26,527 nucleotides of DNA from an uncultured Rhodospirillales bacterium (GCA_902795665.1 CADBMA010000159.1:1-26527), one strand, 5' to 3'. Positions 9,207-21,480 are shown, counted from the stretch's first letter. A program made the numbers and translations. Notes: generated from the letters alone by a model not told the origin.

Positions 9207-9826
9207 TGGCCGAAGAAGCTATTGAAAACACCGGCAAAGAACTGATTAATGCCACACAAGAGGCGGTAATCGGGGCGGTGACTGATGTTAGCAATATTAT
9301 TAAAACAACATCAGAAGAAATATCCGAAATGCACCATGAAGTCTTTTATCAATCGGCTGAATTCTGGGTTGGTGCCGCTTTTGTTTTAGTAATGGTTTTA
9401 ATGTTTGTTCCGATTCGCAAAATTGTGCGGATGCTGTTACAAAAACAGATTGATAATGTTGTTAATCAAATTAGCAATGCGGAAAGTTTGCGCAACGAGG
9501 CTCGCCAACTGCTGGCCGACTATGAGCAGAAAACTGAAAATCTTGACAAAGAAACCAAAAAAATGATGAGTACCGCTAAAAAGAACGTAGAGATTTTTCA
9601 GAAAAAAGAGTTAGAAGAGTTCAAAAAAGAGCTCTTATCACAAGAAAAATATGCAGAAAATATAATGAAAGCTCGCCGTGATAAAATAATTGATGAAGCT
9701 TCACAAGAAATTATTGAGAGAACCAGTGAAATTTTAATGCAAACAATTCGTGATAACCTGAGCGAAGAGGCTCAAAAACTTCTAATTGATAAATCTATCG
9801 CCGCAATTGCAGAACTTAAACCATAG
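9206..9826 (+). CDS. atpF: ATP synthase F0 subunit b
   Basis: EFWVGAAF TM segment, coiled coil, LIDKSI C-terminus; TAATG overlap with b'. Confidence 0.9.
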   Translation: MAEEAIENTGKELINATQEAVIGAVTDVSNIIKTTSEEISEMHHEVFYQSAEFWVGAAFVLVMVLMFVPIRKIVRMLLQKQIDNVVNQISNAESLRNEARQLLADYEQKTENLDKETKKMMSTAKKNVEIFQKKELEEFKKELLSQEKYAENIMKARRDKIIDEASQEIIERTSEILMQTIRDNLSEEAQKLLIDKSIAAIAELKP

Positions 9827-9828
9827 AG

Positions 9829-10422
9829 TTATATTTCTTTACGGGAATTAAGCGCCAATTGCAAAGTTCCCTCGTCCATATAATCTAACTCAGCTCCTAC
9901 CGGAATGCCTTGGGCAAGTGTGGTTGTTTTGATGACGGTGTCTTTTAATCTTGAAACTAAGTAGTGTGAGGTTATTTTGCCGTCAATAGTTGCCGGCAGG
10001 GCTAATATAACTTCTTTAATCTCACCATCTGACACTCTGTTAAATAACGAATCAATATTTAAATCCTCAGGAGCCACGCCGTTTAAAGCGGACAATACTC
10101 CTCCCAGTACATGATACTGCCCGTGATAAAATCCGGAGCGCTCCATAGCCCACAAATCAGCAACATCTTGAACTACGCACACAATTGCTTTGTCGCGTTT
10201 TGCAGATTCGCATATTGCACAGGGAGAAGACGTGTCAAAATTGCCGCAGATATCACAGGTCTTTATATTATCAGCAACCCCCTGCATAGCCTCAATCAAC
10301 GGCAATAGAGCCGATTCTTTTTTCTTAATCAAGTGCAAAACTATCCTACGCGCTGAACGCGTGCCTAAAGACGGCAGTTTGGCAATAATTTTAACCAGTT
10401 TTTCTATATCCTGTCCGGCCAT
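9829..10422 (-). CDS. recR: Recombination mediator RecR
   Basis: LPSLGTRSARR, C4 zinc finger CDICG…CAIC, Toprim YHVLGG, GELDY-like GAELDYMDEGTL. Confidence 0.97.
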   Translation of the reverse strand: MAGQDIEKLVKIIAKLPSLGTRSARRIVLHLIKKKESALLPLIEAMQGVADNIKTCDICGNFDTSSPCAICESAKRDKAIVCVVQDVADLWAMERSGFYHGQYHVLGGVLSALNGVAPEDLNIDSLFNRVSDGEIKEVILALPATIDGKITSHYLVSRLKDTVIKTTTLAQGIPVGAELDYMDEGTLQLALNSRKEI

Positions 10423-10433
10423 GATATTATTTC

Positions 10434-10757
10434 CTAAAATGGCAGCTTGAGACCACCCAAATTAAGTCCTCCGGTAATATCTTTCATGCCCTCGCTCATC
10501 ATAGCCTCAGCCTTATGCTGAGCATCGTTGCACGCAGCTACAATAAGATCTTCAAGTATCTCGGCATCGTCTTCATTTAACAATGATTTATCAATCTGAA
10601 CCTTTTGAGTTGTCATTTTTCCGGTCATGGTAACTTTTACCATACCCCCGCCGCTTGTGCCGACGACCTCAGTTTGCGCCAATTTTTCTTGCGCTTCCTC
10701 CATTTTTTTCTGCATCAATTGAGCTTGTTTCATAAGACCTTGCATATTCATCATCAA
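10434..10757 (-). CDS. ybaB: Nucleoid-associated protein YbaB/EbfC
   Basis: MKQAQLMQKKM, SGGGMVKV, EILEDLIVAA; located between dnaX and recR. Confidence 0.96.
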   Translation of the reverse strand: MMMNMQGLMKQAQLMQKKMEEAQEKLAQTEVVGTSGGGMVKVTMTGKMTTQKVQIDKSLLNEDDAEILEDLIVAACNDAQHKAEAMMSEGMKDITGGLNLGGLKLPF

Positions 10758-12463
10758 TCAAATACCTCATTTATAAAATCATCGTTATTATCAAAATTTT
10801 CTTTTTCCTCTTCAGCAATTTTGCGAATCAATGTTTCGATTTTGGCACCTCTAAACTCTGCCAACACTGCCTTTACTAAAGGGTCTTCGGCAACATTTTT
10901 CTGTTCGGCTTCTTTTCTGGCTTTTTCAATATTTGCCATACTCAAAATTACCTCGCCGGGGATAATATCTAAAGTCCATTTTTGTCCGGTTGCGCTTTCC
11001 AAGATTTTACCTATTGTAATTACAAAATCAGACGCAATACGATCATCAGCTTTGAATTTCATGTTTCCATTACCGAACTCGGTGACTTCGATATCATTTT
11101 TAATAATATATACCAAGCGTAGTTGTTTTTGCTCCTCAAGATAGCATATAAAATCTTCAATTTTTTCAAACTGTAATGCTGTTTTTGGGGCAACACTTCG
11201 TGGTGTTATCTGAATATTGTCATAATTCTCATTTGCATCATAAGACGCTGGGTCAGCAATAGTGTGTTTGGGGTTTATGTCAGATTTTTTTTTTACACTC
11301 TCGAGCAGTTCTGCCGGAGTTGGAAGATTTGCCGAATAAGCAATTCTTATTAATATCATCTCCAAAGCATCAATCGGCACCGGTGCGTTTTGGATTTCTC
11401 CCAGTCCTTTGATTAGCATTTGCCATATTCTTGAAAGCAGTGCAATATTTGTTTTTGCCGACATCTCTTTCAGAAAATTTCGATCTGTCTCACTAAGCCT
11501 ATCATCTTTTATAAAATCTGGAATTAACAATATTTTGGTCAGAGAATGCGTAATTCCGATAAGGTCATTAAGAATTGCTGTCGGATTGGCTCCGTTTTTA
11601 TAAATTTCTTGAAGTTTGCTAACCAAGGCGGACATATTTCCATCCATCAGGTTTTCAAAAATTTCAAATGCTTGGCCGCGATCAGCCATGCCCAACATTT
11701 CTTTAACAATATCAACACGAATTTTTCCGCTGCCGAGAGAAATAGCCTGATCCAAAAGCGACAGACCATCGCGCGCCGAACCATCAGCCGCCGCAGCAAT
11801 CATGTGCAGAGCTTCATCATCTGCCTTAAGATTTTCTGCTGTTACAATTTTATTGAAGAGCTTCATAAGGTCTTCAATTTGCAGGCGCTGCAAGTCAAAC
11901 CTCTGACAACGCGATAAAACTGTTACCGGCACTTTGCGAATTTCGGTAGTAGCAAAAATAAATTTTACATGAGCTGGCGGCTCTTCAAGAGTTTTAAGCA
12001 GTGCATTAAAAGCATTTTTCGATAGCATATGCACTTCATCGATAATGTAAATTTTGTAGCGGCAGTTTGTCGGCTTGTAACGCACACCATCTAAAATATC
12101 GCGGATATCATCTACACCGGTGCGCGAAGCTGCATCAAGCTCCAAAACATCAATATTGCGTCCGGCAGCAATTGATTTGCAGTTTTCGCAGACACCGCAA
12201 GGGTGAGTGGTCGGACCGCCTTTGCCGTCAGTGCCGATACAGTTAAGAGCCTTTGCAATAAGCCTTGCGGTTGTTGTTTTTCCCACTCCGCGAATGCCGG
12301 TCAAAATATAAGCATGGTGTAGCCGATTTGATTTTATGGCATTAGTCAAGGTTTGCACCAAAGCATCTTGTCCCAGCAAATCTTCAAAATTCTGAGGACG
12401 ATACTTGCGTGCTAAAACCACATAATCTTCTTGTTTTTCTTCTTCTGCCATAATTTTTTTCAT
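10754..12463 (-). CDS. dnaX: DNA polymerase III subunit gamma/tau
   Basis: LARKYRP, Walker A GIRGVGKTT, zinc motif CG.C..C, IIDEVHML, SRC motif. The start could be 12463 or 12451. Confidence 0.98.
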   Translation of the reverse strand: MKKIMAEEEKQEDYVVLARKYRPQNFEDLLGQDALVQTLTNAIKSNRLHHAYILTGIRGVGKTTTARLIAKALNCIGTDGKGGPTTHPCGVCENCKSIAAGRNIDVLELDAASRTGVDDIRDILDGVRYKPTNCRYKIYIIDEVHMLSKNAFNALLKTLEEPPAHVKFIFATTEIRKVPVTVLSRCQRFDLQRLQIEDLMKLFNKIVTAENLKADDEALHMIAAAADGSARDGLSLLDQAISLGSGKIRVDIVKEMLGMADRGQAFEIFENLMDGNMSALVSKLQEIYKNGANPTAILNDLIGITHSLTKILLIPDFIKDDRLSETDRNFLKEMSAKTNIALLSRIWQMLIKGLGEIQNAPVPIDALEMILIRIAYSANLPTPAELLESVKKKSDINPKHTIADPASYDANENYDNIQITPRSVAPKTALQFEKIEDFICYLEEQKQLRLVYIIKNDIEVTEFGNGNMKFKADDRIASDFVITIGKILESATGQKWTLDIIPGEVILSMANIEKARKEAEQKNVAEDPLVKAVLAEFRGAKIETLIRKIAEEEKENFDNNDDFINEVFD

Positions 12464-12473
12464 TCAAAAAAAG

Positions 12474-12563
12474 GCGGAGGAACACCGACCTCAAGCGGAT
12501 TCGTTACGGCTGCTTCCTTCCGAACCTGACCGGGTTGGCGAAAGCCTGACCCGATGCCCTCCA
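12474..12563 (-). ncRNA. ffs: Signal recognition particle 4.5S RNA
   Basis: Minus strand contains TCAGGTTCGGAAGGAAGCAGC (domain IV with GGAA tetraloop) in a long hairpin GGAGGGCATCGG…TCGGTGTTCCTCC; canonical position upstream of dnaX. Ends are approximate. Confidence 0.95.
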
Positions 12564-12627
12564 TTAATATTGTACTATAATGGACAGATTTTTAATTTAA
12601 TTTCAAGCAAAAAATATTCTCTATCCT

Positions 12628-14031
12628 CTAATATGTATCTTTCCCATATCCAAAACCGAGCGGGCGACCAAATATCAAGGTCTGAGCCTCTGCATTATCC
12701 TTGCCGAAAATCAACGGAGGATTGTTTTCGTATTCACTTACAAAGTCAGTGCTGTCAAAATTATATGGAGCAGATGTAAACTTGTGCGGAGCTGCGTCCA
12801 CCACAACATCAGCAGAAGATGTTATTTGCATAATATCCAGACTATGTTGATTTTTTCCATCAGCAAAAAAACGGAAAATGCCATTAATACCGGCAAAACC
12901 ATCAGGATTGACGATTGCTTCATCTAAATTTGACGGATTGTGACGCGCTAATACGGATGATAAAGCAACGGCATCATACGCAAAAGCTGCCAACCCGTTC
13001 GGATAGTGTCCGAATAGGGCGTGATATTTTTTATTAAAGTATGAGCTATGAGTGCGCGACAGCCGTGGATAAGAAGCCTTGTTCATAATTGTTTCTTTGT
13101 TCAGTCCGGTATTTTCCCAGACAGATGTTCCCAAAAACATTACATCGGGGGCAAGAACATCATAATACCCAAACATTGCCGCGGCTGATTTTAGTCGGCT
13201 TCCAGATTCGGGGATGAGAATGGCGTCAAAATCAACACCTTCTGCTGTTTCTTTCAAATTAAGCTTGCGCAAAGCCTTTTGTGCTGCAGCATCGCCATTT
13301 TGAGCCAAAGCCTTTAGGCGTTTTTTCTCTTTTTTGATAGGTTCAGCGCGGTTGTCAAAATTGCTCAGCTGACGAACAATATCAGAAAAGTCTGCGGTAT
13401 TTGGAGCATAAAATGCAATTCTGACTACTCGCCCACCATGTTTTGGCGCAGCTCTGACCGCGGATTGTGCAACCGCAATACCGGTAGAATTGTCAGGAAT
13501 GAGTAGCGCAAAACGATTTCGTCCTTTAGACGCCGCATAGCTCAGAATGCGTTCAACCTGTTCTTCAACCAACAATCCCAAGGTATAAACCTGATTTTGC
13601 AAAACCTTTTCATTTGATGAAAAAGCCACAACCGGAACATTGCGGTTTCGTGTTTGATAAGAGATAGCCTCGACCTCGCTTGACATTAAGGGGCCGATAA
13701 TCATTTTTACCTGCTGATTTAAGGCGTTTTCAGCAGCCACGCGCGCTCCTTCCGGAGAGCTTTGCGTGTCATAAAACTGCAATATAAGATTGTTATTATT
13801 CATATCATCAAGAGCAAGCATGGTTGCTTGTTTTAGTTCCTGCCCGATTTTTGCCGCCTCGCCGGTAAGCGGAAGCAAAACTCCCACCCTGAAACTGTTG
13901 GCCGTAATAAACGTATGCTCATCAATCTGCGTATAAGCAGAATCGGAAAAATCTCCGGTTGAAATAATCAGCGGTGACCGGCATGATGATAAGCATATTA
14001 TCAAAAATAGAATATAAATTTTTTTAAACAC
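12628..14031 (-). CDS. LpoA/LppC-like lipoprotein (penicillin-binding protein activator, periplasmic binding protein fold)
   Basis: GTG start, lipobox LSSC, RVGVLLPLTG, IIGPLMS, AFAYDAV, GFAGINGIFRF; divergent from rsmI. Confidence 0.85.
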   Translation of the reverse strand: MFKKIYILFLIICLSSCRSPLIISTGDFSDSAYTQIDEHTFITANSFRVGVLLPLTGEAAKIGQELKQATMLALDDMNNNNLILQFYDTQSSPEGARVAAENALNQQVKMIIGPLMSSEVEAISYQTRNRNVPVVAFSSNEKVLQNQVYTLGLLVEEQVERILSYAASKGRNRFALLIPDNSTGIAVAQSAVRAAPKHGGRVVRIAFYAPNTADFSDIVRQLSNFDNRAEPIKKEKKRLKALAQNGDAAAQKALRKLNLKETAEGVDFDAILIPESGSRLKSAAAMFGYYDVLAPDVMFLGTSVWENTGLNKETIMNKASYPRLSRTHSSYFNKKYHALFGHYPNGLAAFAYDAVALSSVLARHNPSNLDEAIVNPDGFAGINGIFRFFADGKNQHSLDIMQITSSADVVVDAAPHKFTSAPYNFDSTDFVSEYENNPPLIFGKDNAEAQTLIFGRPLGFGYGKDTY

Positions 14032-14108
14032 TTGCTTTTTGTCCCGAAATATAAAACAATTATGCCCAGTAATTTAATTGATAAAACATAGAATGTAAAG
14101 CAAAAGAA

Positions 14109-14945
14109 ATGAAAAAAGGCTTGTATATAGTCGCCACCCCGATAGGCAATATCAGTGATATATCGGAACGAGCAAAAGAATTATTAAGTCAAGCAGATGT
14201 CTTGGCCTGCGAAGATACCAGAGTGACAAAAAAACTTATGGGACTGCTCAATATTCCATATACTGATAAAAAATTTATCCCTTTACATGATCATAACGAG
14301 CTAGAAAACGCGCAAAAAATTATTGATATGGTCAATCAAGGGATGTGCGTGGTTCAGATCAGCGATGCCGGTTCGCCATTAATTTCAGATCCCGGATATA
14401 AATTGGTTCGTATGTGCCATGAACAGAACGTTCCGTTTGCGGTAGTTCCGGGGTGTTGTGCCATAATCTGCGCGTTGCAGATGTCAGGATTGCCAACCAA
14501 TCGTTTTATGTTTGCCGGTTTCATTCCTAACAAAGACAAAGCGCGTGAGGATTTGTTCAAGGAGTTATGCAATATTGATACAACTTTAGTTTTTTATGAA
14601 ACCTCACCGCGACTGCTGAAAACATTAAAAACTGCGGCTGTTATTTTTAAAAACCGTGAGTTTTCCGTTGCAAGAGAGATAACCAAAGTTTATGAGGAAT
14701 GCCAAACCGGTGCTCCGGAGGATATAATTAAACACTTTGAAAATAACCCTCCTAAAGGTGAAATTGTTTTCATGATTGCGCCTCCGTCAGAAAAAATATC
14801 AGCCGATATCGATGTTGAAGAAATATTGCTGCAAAAGTTACAAAATATGCCACTCAAAACAGCGGTTACGGATATGGTTAAGGAATATGGCTTAAACAAA
14901 AACGAGGTTTATCGATTGGCGATAAAATTGAAAAATGAATCATAA
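14109..14945 (+). CDS. rsmI: 16S rRNA C1402 2'-O-methyltransferase
   Basis: LYIVATPIGN, ACEDTRVT, SDAGSPLISDPG, AREITKVYEE, KGEIV. Confidence 0.97.
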   Translation: MKKGLYIVATPIGNISDISERAKELLSQADVLACEDTRVTKKLMGLLNIPYTDKKFIPLHDHNELENAQKIIDMVNQGMCVVQISDAGSPLISDPGYKLVRMCHEQNVPFAVVPGCCAIICALQMSGLPTNRFMFAGFIPNKDKAREDLFKELCNIDTTLVFYETSPRLLKTLKTAAVIFKNREFSVAREITKVYEECQTGAPEDIIKHFENNPPKGEIVFMIAPPSEKISADIDVEEILLQKLQNMPLKTAVTDMVKEYGLNKNEVYRLAIKLKNES

Positions 14946-15294
14946 TCAAAGCGGAAAATTGGCCGAACTGCTGGCTGCAATGTACTTTATTGTTCATGGT
15001 TTTTGGGTAGTTCGCCGAAATTTTATAACCGGCCGCGGAACCGGAGCCGGTGAGATAGATTTAATTGTTCGCCGCGGCAAACTACTGGTGTTTGTTGAGG
15101 TAAAAAAGCGTGGCGATTTAGAACGTGCTGCCTATGCAATTGCTCCGGAGCAACAGCGACGCATTTGGAGAGCGGCTGAAAATTTTATAAAAAATAATCC
15201 GCAGTATAGCGATTATAATTTGCGTTTTGATGCTTTTTTAGTGGGCAAACGGCTACGCTGCAGTCATATCTCTGACGCATGGCGATGCGAGTAA
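14935..15294 (+). CDS. yraN: YraN family (UPF0102) nuclease-like protein
   Basis: GEIDLIVRR, VFVEVKKR, RFDA; overlaps rsmI. Confidence 0.93.
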   Translation: MNHNQSGKLAELLAAMYFIVHGFWVVRRNFITGRGTGAGEIDLIVRRGKLLVFVEVKKRGDLERAAYAIAPEQQRRIWRAAENFIKNNPQYSDYNLRFDAFLVGKRLRCSHISDAWRCE

Positions 15295-15364
15295 AATAAC
15301 AAAATAGCTTGGCTAAAAAATCTTTGTTGATTATATTGAATAAAAATGCTTGTGGAGAACAAAT

Positions 15365-18109
15365 ATGGTCGCAAAAATATGCTTAGTTGATGGTTCAGGA
15401 TATATTTTCAGAGCCTTTTACGGTTTGCCGCCAATGACCGCTCCGGATGGAACTCCGGTCAATGCGGTATATGGCTTTACTAATATGTTCATGAAATTAA
15501 CTTCTAAAATTGACTGTGACTACAGTTTAATTCTCTTTGATGCTAAAAGACAAAACTTTCGTAATGATATTTTTGCCGACTATAAGGGAACACGCAAAGA
15601 AATTCCCGAAGAATTGATACCTCAGTTTCCGATTATCCGCGAGGCCGTTGACGCCTTAAATCTCAACCATCTGGAAATTGAAGGCTATGAGGCCGATGAC
15701 TTAATTGCCACTTATGCCAATTTGGCTCGACAAGCCGGTATGGAAGTAGTTATTGTTTCTGCGGATAAGGACTTAATGCAGCTCATTCGCGATGGTGTCA
15801 GCTTTTATGATCCAATGAAAGATAAGTTTTTTACTCCTGAAGATGTTAAAGAAAAATTTGGAGTCTATCCGGATAAAGTTGTTGATGTCCAAGCCTTATC
15901 AGGTGACAGTACCGACAATATTCCCGGAGTTCCCGGAATTGGGCCTAAAACTGCTGCTGAGTTGGTCAATATCTACGGTTCTTTGGAAGAAGTTTTAGCT
16001 CGTGCCGGAGAGATCAAACAAAACAAGCGGCGCGAAACTTTGTTGGCAAATATTGAAAATGCTAAAATTTCCCTGCAATTGGTTACACTAAAATCTGATG
16101 TTCCGGTTGAAAATAATGTGGAGTTTTATAAGATTCGTTGTCCCGATTTAAAAATCGCGCAGAATTTTGTTGAAAAGTACGGCTTTAATAGTCTAAAACT
16201 GAGAATTGCCAGATGGGTTGAAGAACAATGCAGTAAAACCGGACAAAAAAACTTCAATATAACCCGTATACAATATGCAAATTATAAAGTTGTTTCAAAT
16301 GTCAACGATTTGCAAAAATGGTTGCAAAAAGTAGCCACAATCCGACAGATGTCGTTAAAAGTTCTAAGCTCCGGAAATCATCCTTTTTTTGATAGCACAT
16401 ACGGGGTTGCTTTGGCGGTTGATAATCGTGATGCCATATATGTTCCGCTGCTTGATGAAACAAAAACTGGAGATAATTTTGATTTATTTGCTGTTGAGCA
16501 GAAAAGCGGCTTGAGCTTTGCGCAGTTTTCCGAGTGTTTGTTGCCGATATTAAATGATTCTTCAATCTTAAAAATTGGCCATAACTTAAAATCCGATATG
16601 CATTTGCTTAACAGAATATCTGGCGGCAAAGCTGATATTTTTCCCTATGATGATATTGCCGTTATTGCTTATGTTTTAGATTCAACCTTTCATGGGCATG
16701 ATATTCCCCAATTGGCAGAACTGTTTTTGGATTATCAGACACAAAACCCTGAAGATGTTTTTGGTACCGGCAAGCAGCGACAGCATCCTGACAATATTGA
16801 TATAAATATCTTATGCAAATATATGTGCGAGCAAGCTGATTGTATATTTCGGCTGCACGAAGTTCTGCGCCATCGATTGGTAAAAGAGCATCAAGCCTCT
16901 GTCTACGAGTTATATGATCGACCTTTGGTCAAAACACTCTGGAATATGGAAAAAAACGGAGTCATGATTGACGCTCAAAAATTGCATAAATTGAGCATTC
17001 AATTGGAAATGCGTCAAAAGCATATTGAAAATGAAATATTTGATTTGGCTGGTGAAGAATTTAATATCGGATCACCCAAGCAAATTGGCGAGATTTTATA
17101 CAACAAATTGGGATTGAGCGGAAAAAAACATAGCAGCGGCAACTTTCAGACCGGCGCCGAAATCTTGGAGCAGATGGCAGAAGAGCACCCGCTTCCGGCC
17201 AAAATTTTAGAATGGCGTGCGGTTAGCAAACTAAAAAGTACATATACCGATAACTTGATTACCCAATTGGATAAAAATAGCCGTATTCATACCACCTATG
17301 ACCAAACCAATGTAAACACCGGTCGATTGTCATCAAATAACCCCAATCTGCAAAATATTCCCATACGCAGTGAAGACGGGCAAAAAATCCGTAATTGCTT
17401 TGTGGCATCAGCGGGACATAAATTAATTTCGGCAGATTATTCTCAGGTTGAGTTGCGATTGGTTGCGGTGTTGGCAGATGTGTTAGCGCTAAAAGAAGCC
17501 TTTGAGCATGGAGTTGATATTCATACCGCCACTGCAATGAAAGTTTTTGGCTTGACCGCCGAACAAGTAACTCCGGAAATCAGACGCCATGCAAAAGCCA
17601 TAAATTTTGGTGTGATTTACGGAATCTCGCAATACGGACTGGCCAAACAAATAAATGTTCCGGTTGCCGAAGCCAAAAAATATATTGATGCATATTTTGC
17701 AAAAATGCCCGAAATAAAAGATTTTATGGAAAAAACCATCGCTTTTGCCCGCAAACACGGATATGTTGTCACTCCTTTTGGACGCAAATGCGCGGTTGCC
17801 GGTATTAATGACAAAAATCAAAGAATATCATCTTTTGCCGAACGCGCGGCAATGAATGCTCCAATACAGGGAGGAGCTGCTGATATTATGAAAAAAGCAA
17901 TGAATAATATGCACAACGCACTAATTAAAGGCGGTTTTAAATCCAAAATACTGCTCCAAGTTCATGATGAAATGGTTATTGAGGCGCCGGAAAACGAGGT
18001 TGAAGAAGTAAGTTCATTGCTGAAAAAAGTCATGGAAAATGCCGTCGATTATGACGTAAAATTCGTGGCAGAAGTCGGCGTTGGCGACAATTGGACTGAA
18101 GCTCACTAA
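15365..18109 (+). CDS. polA: DNA polymerase I
   Basis: 5' nuclease motifs DGSGYIFRAFY, EADD, GDSTDNIPG; polymerase motifs A (DYSQVELR), B (RHAKAINFGVIYG) and C (VHDE). ATG 15365 has a GGAG RBS; the ORF track starts at TTG 15350. Confidence 0.98.
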   Translation: MVAKICLVDGSGYIFRAFYGLPPMTAPDGTPVNAVYGFTNMFMKLTSKIDCDYSLILFDAKRQNFRNDIFADYKGTRKEIPEELIPQFPIIREAVDALNLNHLEIEGYEADDLIATYANLARQAGMEVVIVSADKDLMQLIRDGVSFYDPMKDKFFTPEDVKEKFGVYPDKVVDVQALSGDSTDNIPGVPGIGPKTAAELVNIYGSLEEVLARAGEIKQNKRRETLLANIENAKISLQLVTLKSDVPVENNVEFYKIRCPDLKIAQNFVEKYGFNSLKLRIARWVEEQCSKTGQKNFNITRIQYANYKVVSNVNDLQKWLQKVATIRQMSLKVLSSGNHPFFDSTYGVALAVDNRDAIYVPLLDETKTGDNFDLFAVEQKSGLSFAQFSECLLPILNDSSILKIGHNLKSDMHLLNRISGGKADIFPYDDIAVIAYVLDSTFHGHDIPQLAELFLDYQTQNPEDVFGTGKQRQHPDNIDINILCKYMCEQADCIFRLHEVLRHRLVKEHQASVYELYDRPLVKTLWNMEKNGVMIDAQKLHKLSIQLEMRQKHIENEIFDLAGEEFNIGSPKQIGEILYNKLGLSGKKHSSGNFQTGAEILEQMAEEHPLPAKILEWRAVSKLKSTYTDNLITQLDKNSRIHTTYDQTNVNTGRLSSNNPNLQNIPIRSEDGQKIRNCFVASAGHKLISADYSQVELRLVAVLADVLALKEAFEHGVDIHTATAMKVFGLTAEQVTPEIRRHAKAINFGVIYGISQYGLAKQINVPVAEAKKYIDAYFAKMPEIKDFMEKTIAFARKHGYVVTPFGRKCAVAGINDKNQRISSFAERAAMNAPIQGGAADIMKKAMNNMHNALIKGGFKSKILLQVHDEMVIEAPENEVEEVSSLLKKVMENAVDYDVKFVAEVGVGDNWTEAH

Positions 18110-18222
18110 AAAAACACGCAAACACTGTTAAAATATACACAAAACGGTGAATTTTTGTGACTTTTTTCTATGCTTTTTTGTAAAAATGTTCTATCTTTGC
18201 CTAAGTTTGAATTTTATTTTAA

Positions 18223-20691
<2,469 letters not shown>

Positions 20692-20708
20692 GATTGCGCA
20701 TCAATTTT

Positions 20709-20738
20709 AAAAAAAGCACGCAATAGCGTGCTTTTTTT
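20709..20738. terminator. Bidirectional terminator between gyrB and the prepilin peptidase gene
   Basis: AAAAAAAGCACGC-AATA-GCGTGCTTTTTTT. Confidence 0.92.
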
Positions 20739-20751
20739 ATAAATATATGAC

Positions 20752-21429
20752 TTATAAAAACAACAATATTATGGCTGCAATAGCCAGAGCCGGACCAAAG
20801 GCTCCATCACGCTTATGCCTAAGTAGAGAATAAACTCCAAAAATTGCGCATGATAATAAAATAGTATACATTAACTTCTCAACTCCGAGCCATGCGCCGA
20901 TGGCCGCTAACAGTTTAATATCTCCGCCGCCAAAAGCTTCGTGAGTATGCCATAACAAGAACAAGGTTGCCAATATTGGAATTATATATCCGGCCAAAGC
21001 AGCAATTGCACTTTCGGTTGCTGACAAATCAGGATTGTCAAACACGGCAAAGGCAAAACCGCACATCAGCAAAGGAAATGTAACAATATCCGGCAGCAAG
21101 AACATTTTTATATCAACTTCTGCCAAAAGCAAAAGAGACCATATAAAACCAAGTCGCCACCATATTGCATCTGTTCCGAAATGAATCCACGCCAATGCTG
21201 AAATTATGGCAGTCAACACGGCATATAAGCATCCGCGTAACATATATGCCTTGCGGAGTTTGTAATATTTAGCATTTTTGCGGGCAGAAGTTTTGTTAGG
21301 TTTTATCAGGCGGTATAATGCATATGCAGGAGTTGCCGGCATAAACTTAGCAAAACGTCTAGCCATATATGGGATTAAGGCTCCCCAGAACAATCCTACC
21401 AAAATATAAATCATAAGCACCATCCGCAA
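20752..21429 (-). CDS. Prepilin peptidase (A24 family aspartic protease)
   Basis: Multiple TM segments with catalytic Asp motifs EVDIKMFLLPD and GGGDIKL, and C-terminal AFGPAL. Confidence 0.88.
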   Translation of the reverse strand: MRMVLMIYILVGLFWGALIPYMARRFAKFMPATPAYALYRLIKPNKTSARKNAKYYKLRKAYMLRGCLYAVLTAIISALAWIHFGTDAIWWRLGFIWSLLLLAEVDIKMFLLPDIVTFPLLMCGFAFAVFDNPDLSATESAIAALAGYIIPILATLFLLWHTHEAFGGGDIKLLAAIGAWLGVEKLMYTILLSCAIFGVYSLLRHKRDGAFGPALAIAAIILLFL

Positions 21430-21480
21430 AATTACGTTGCCACAATTTTAAAACATAATGCCTAATATTTAATTAAAATA

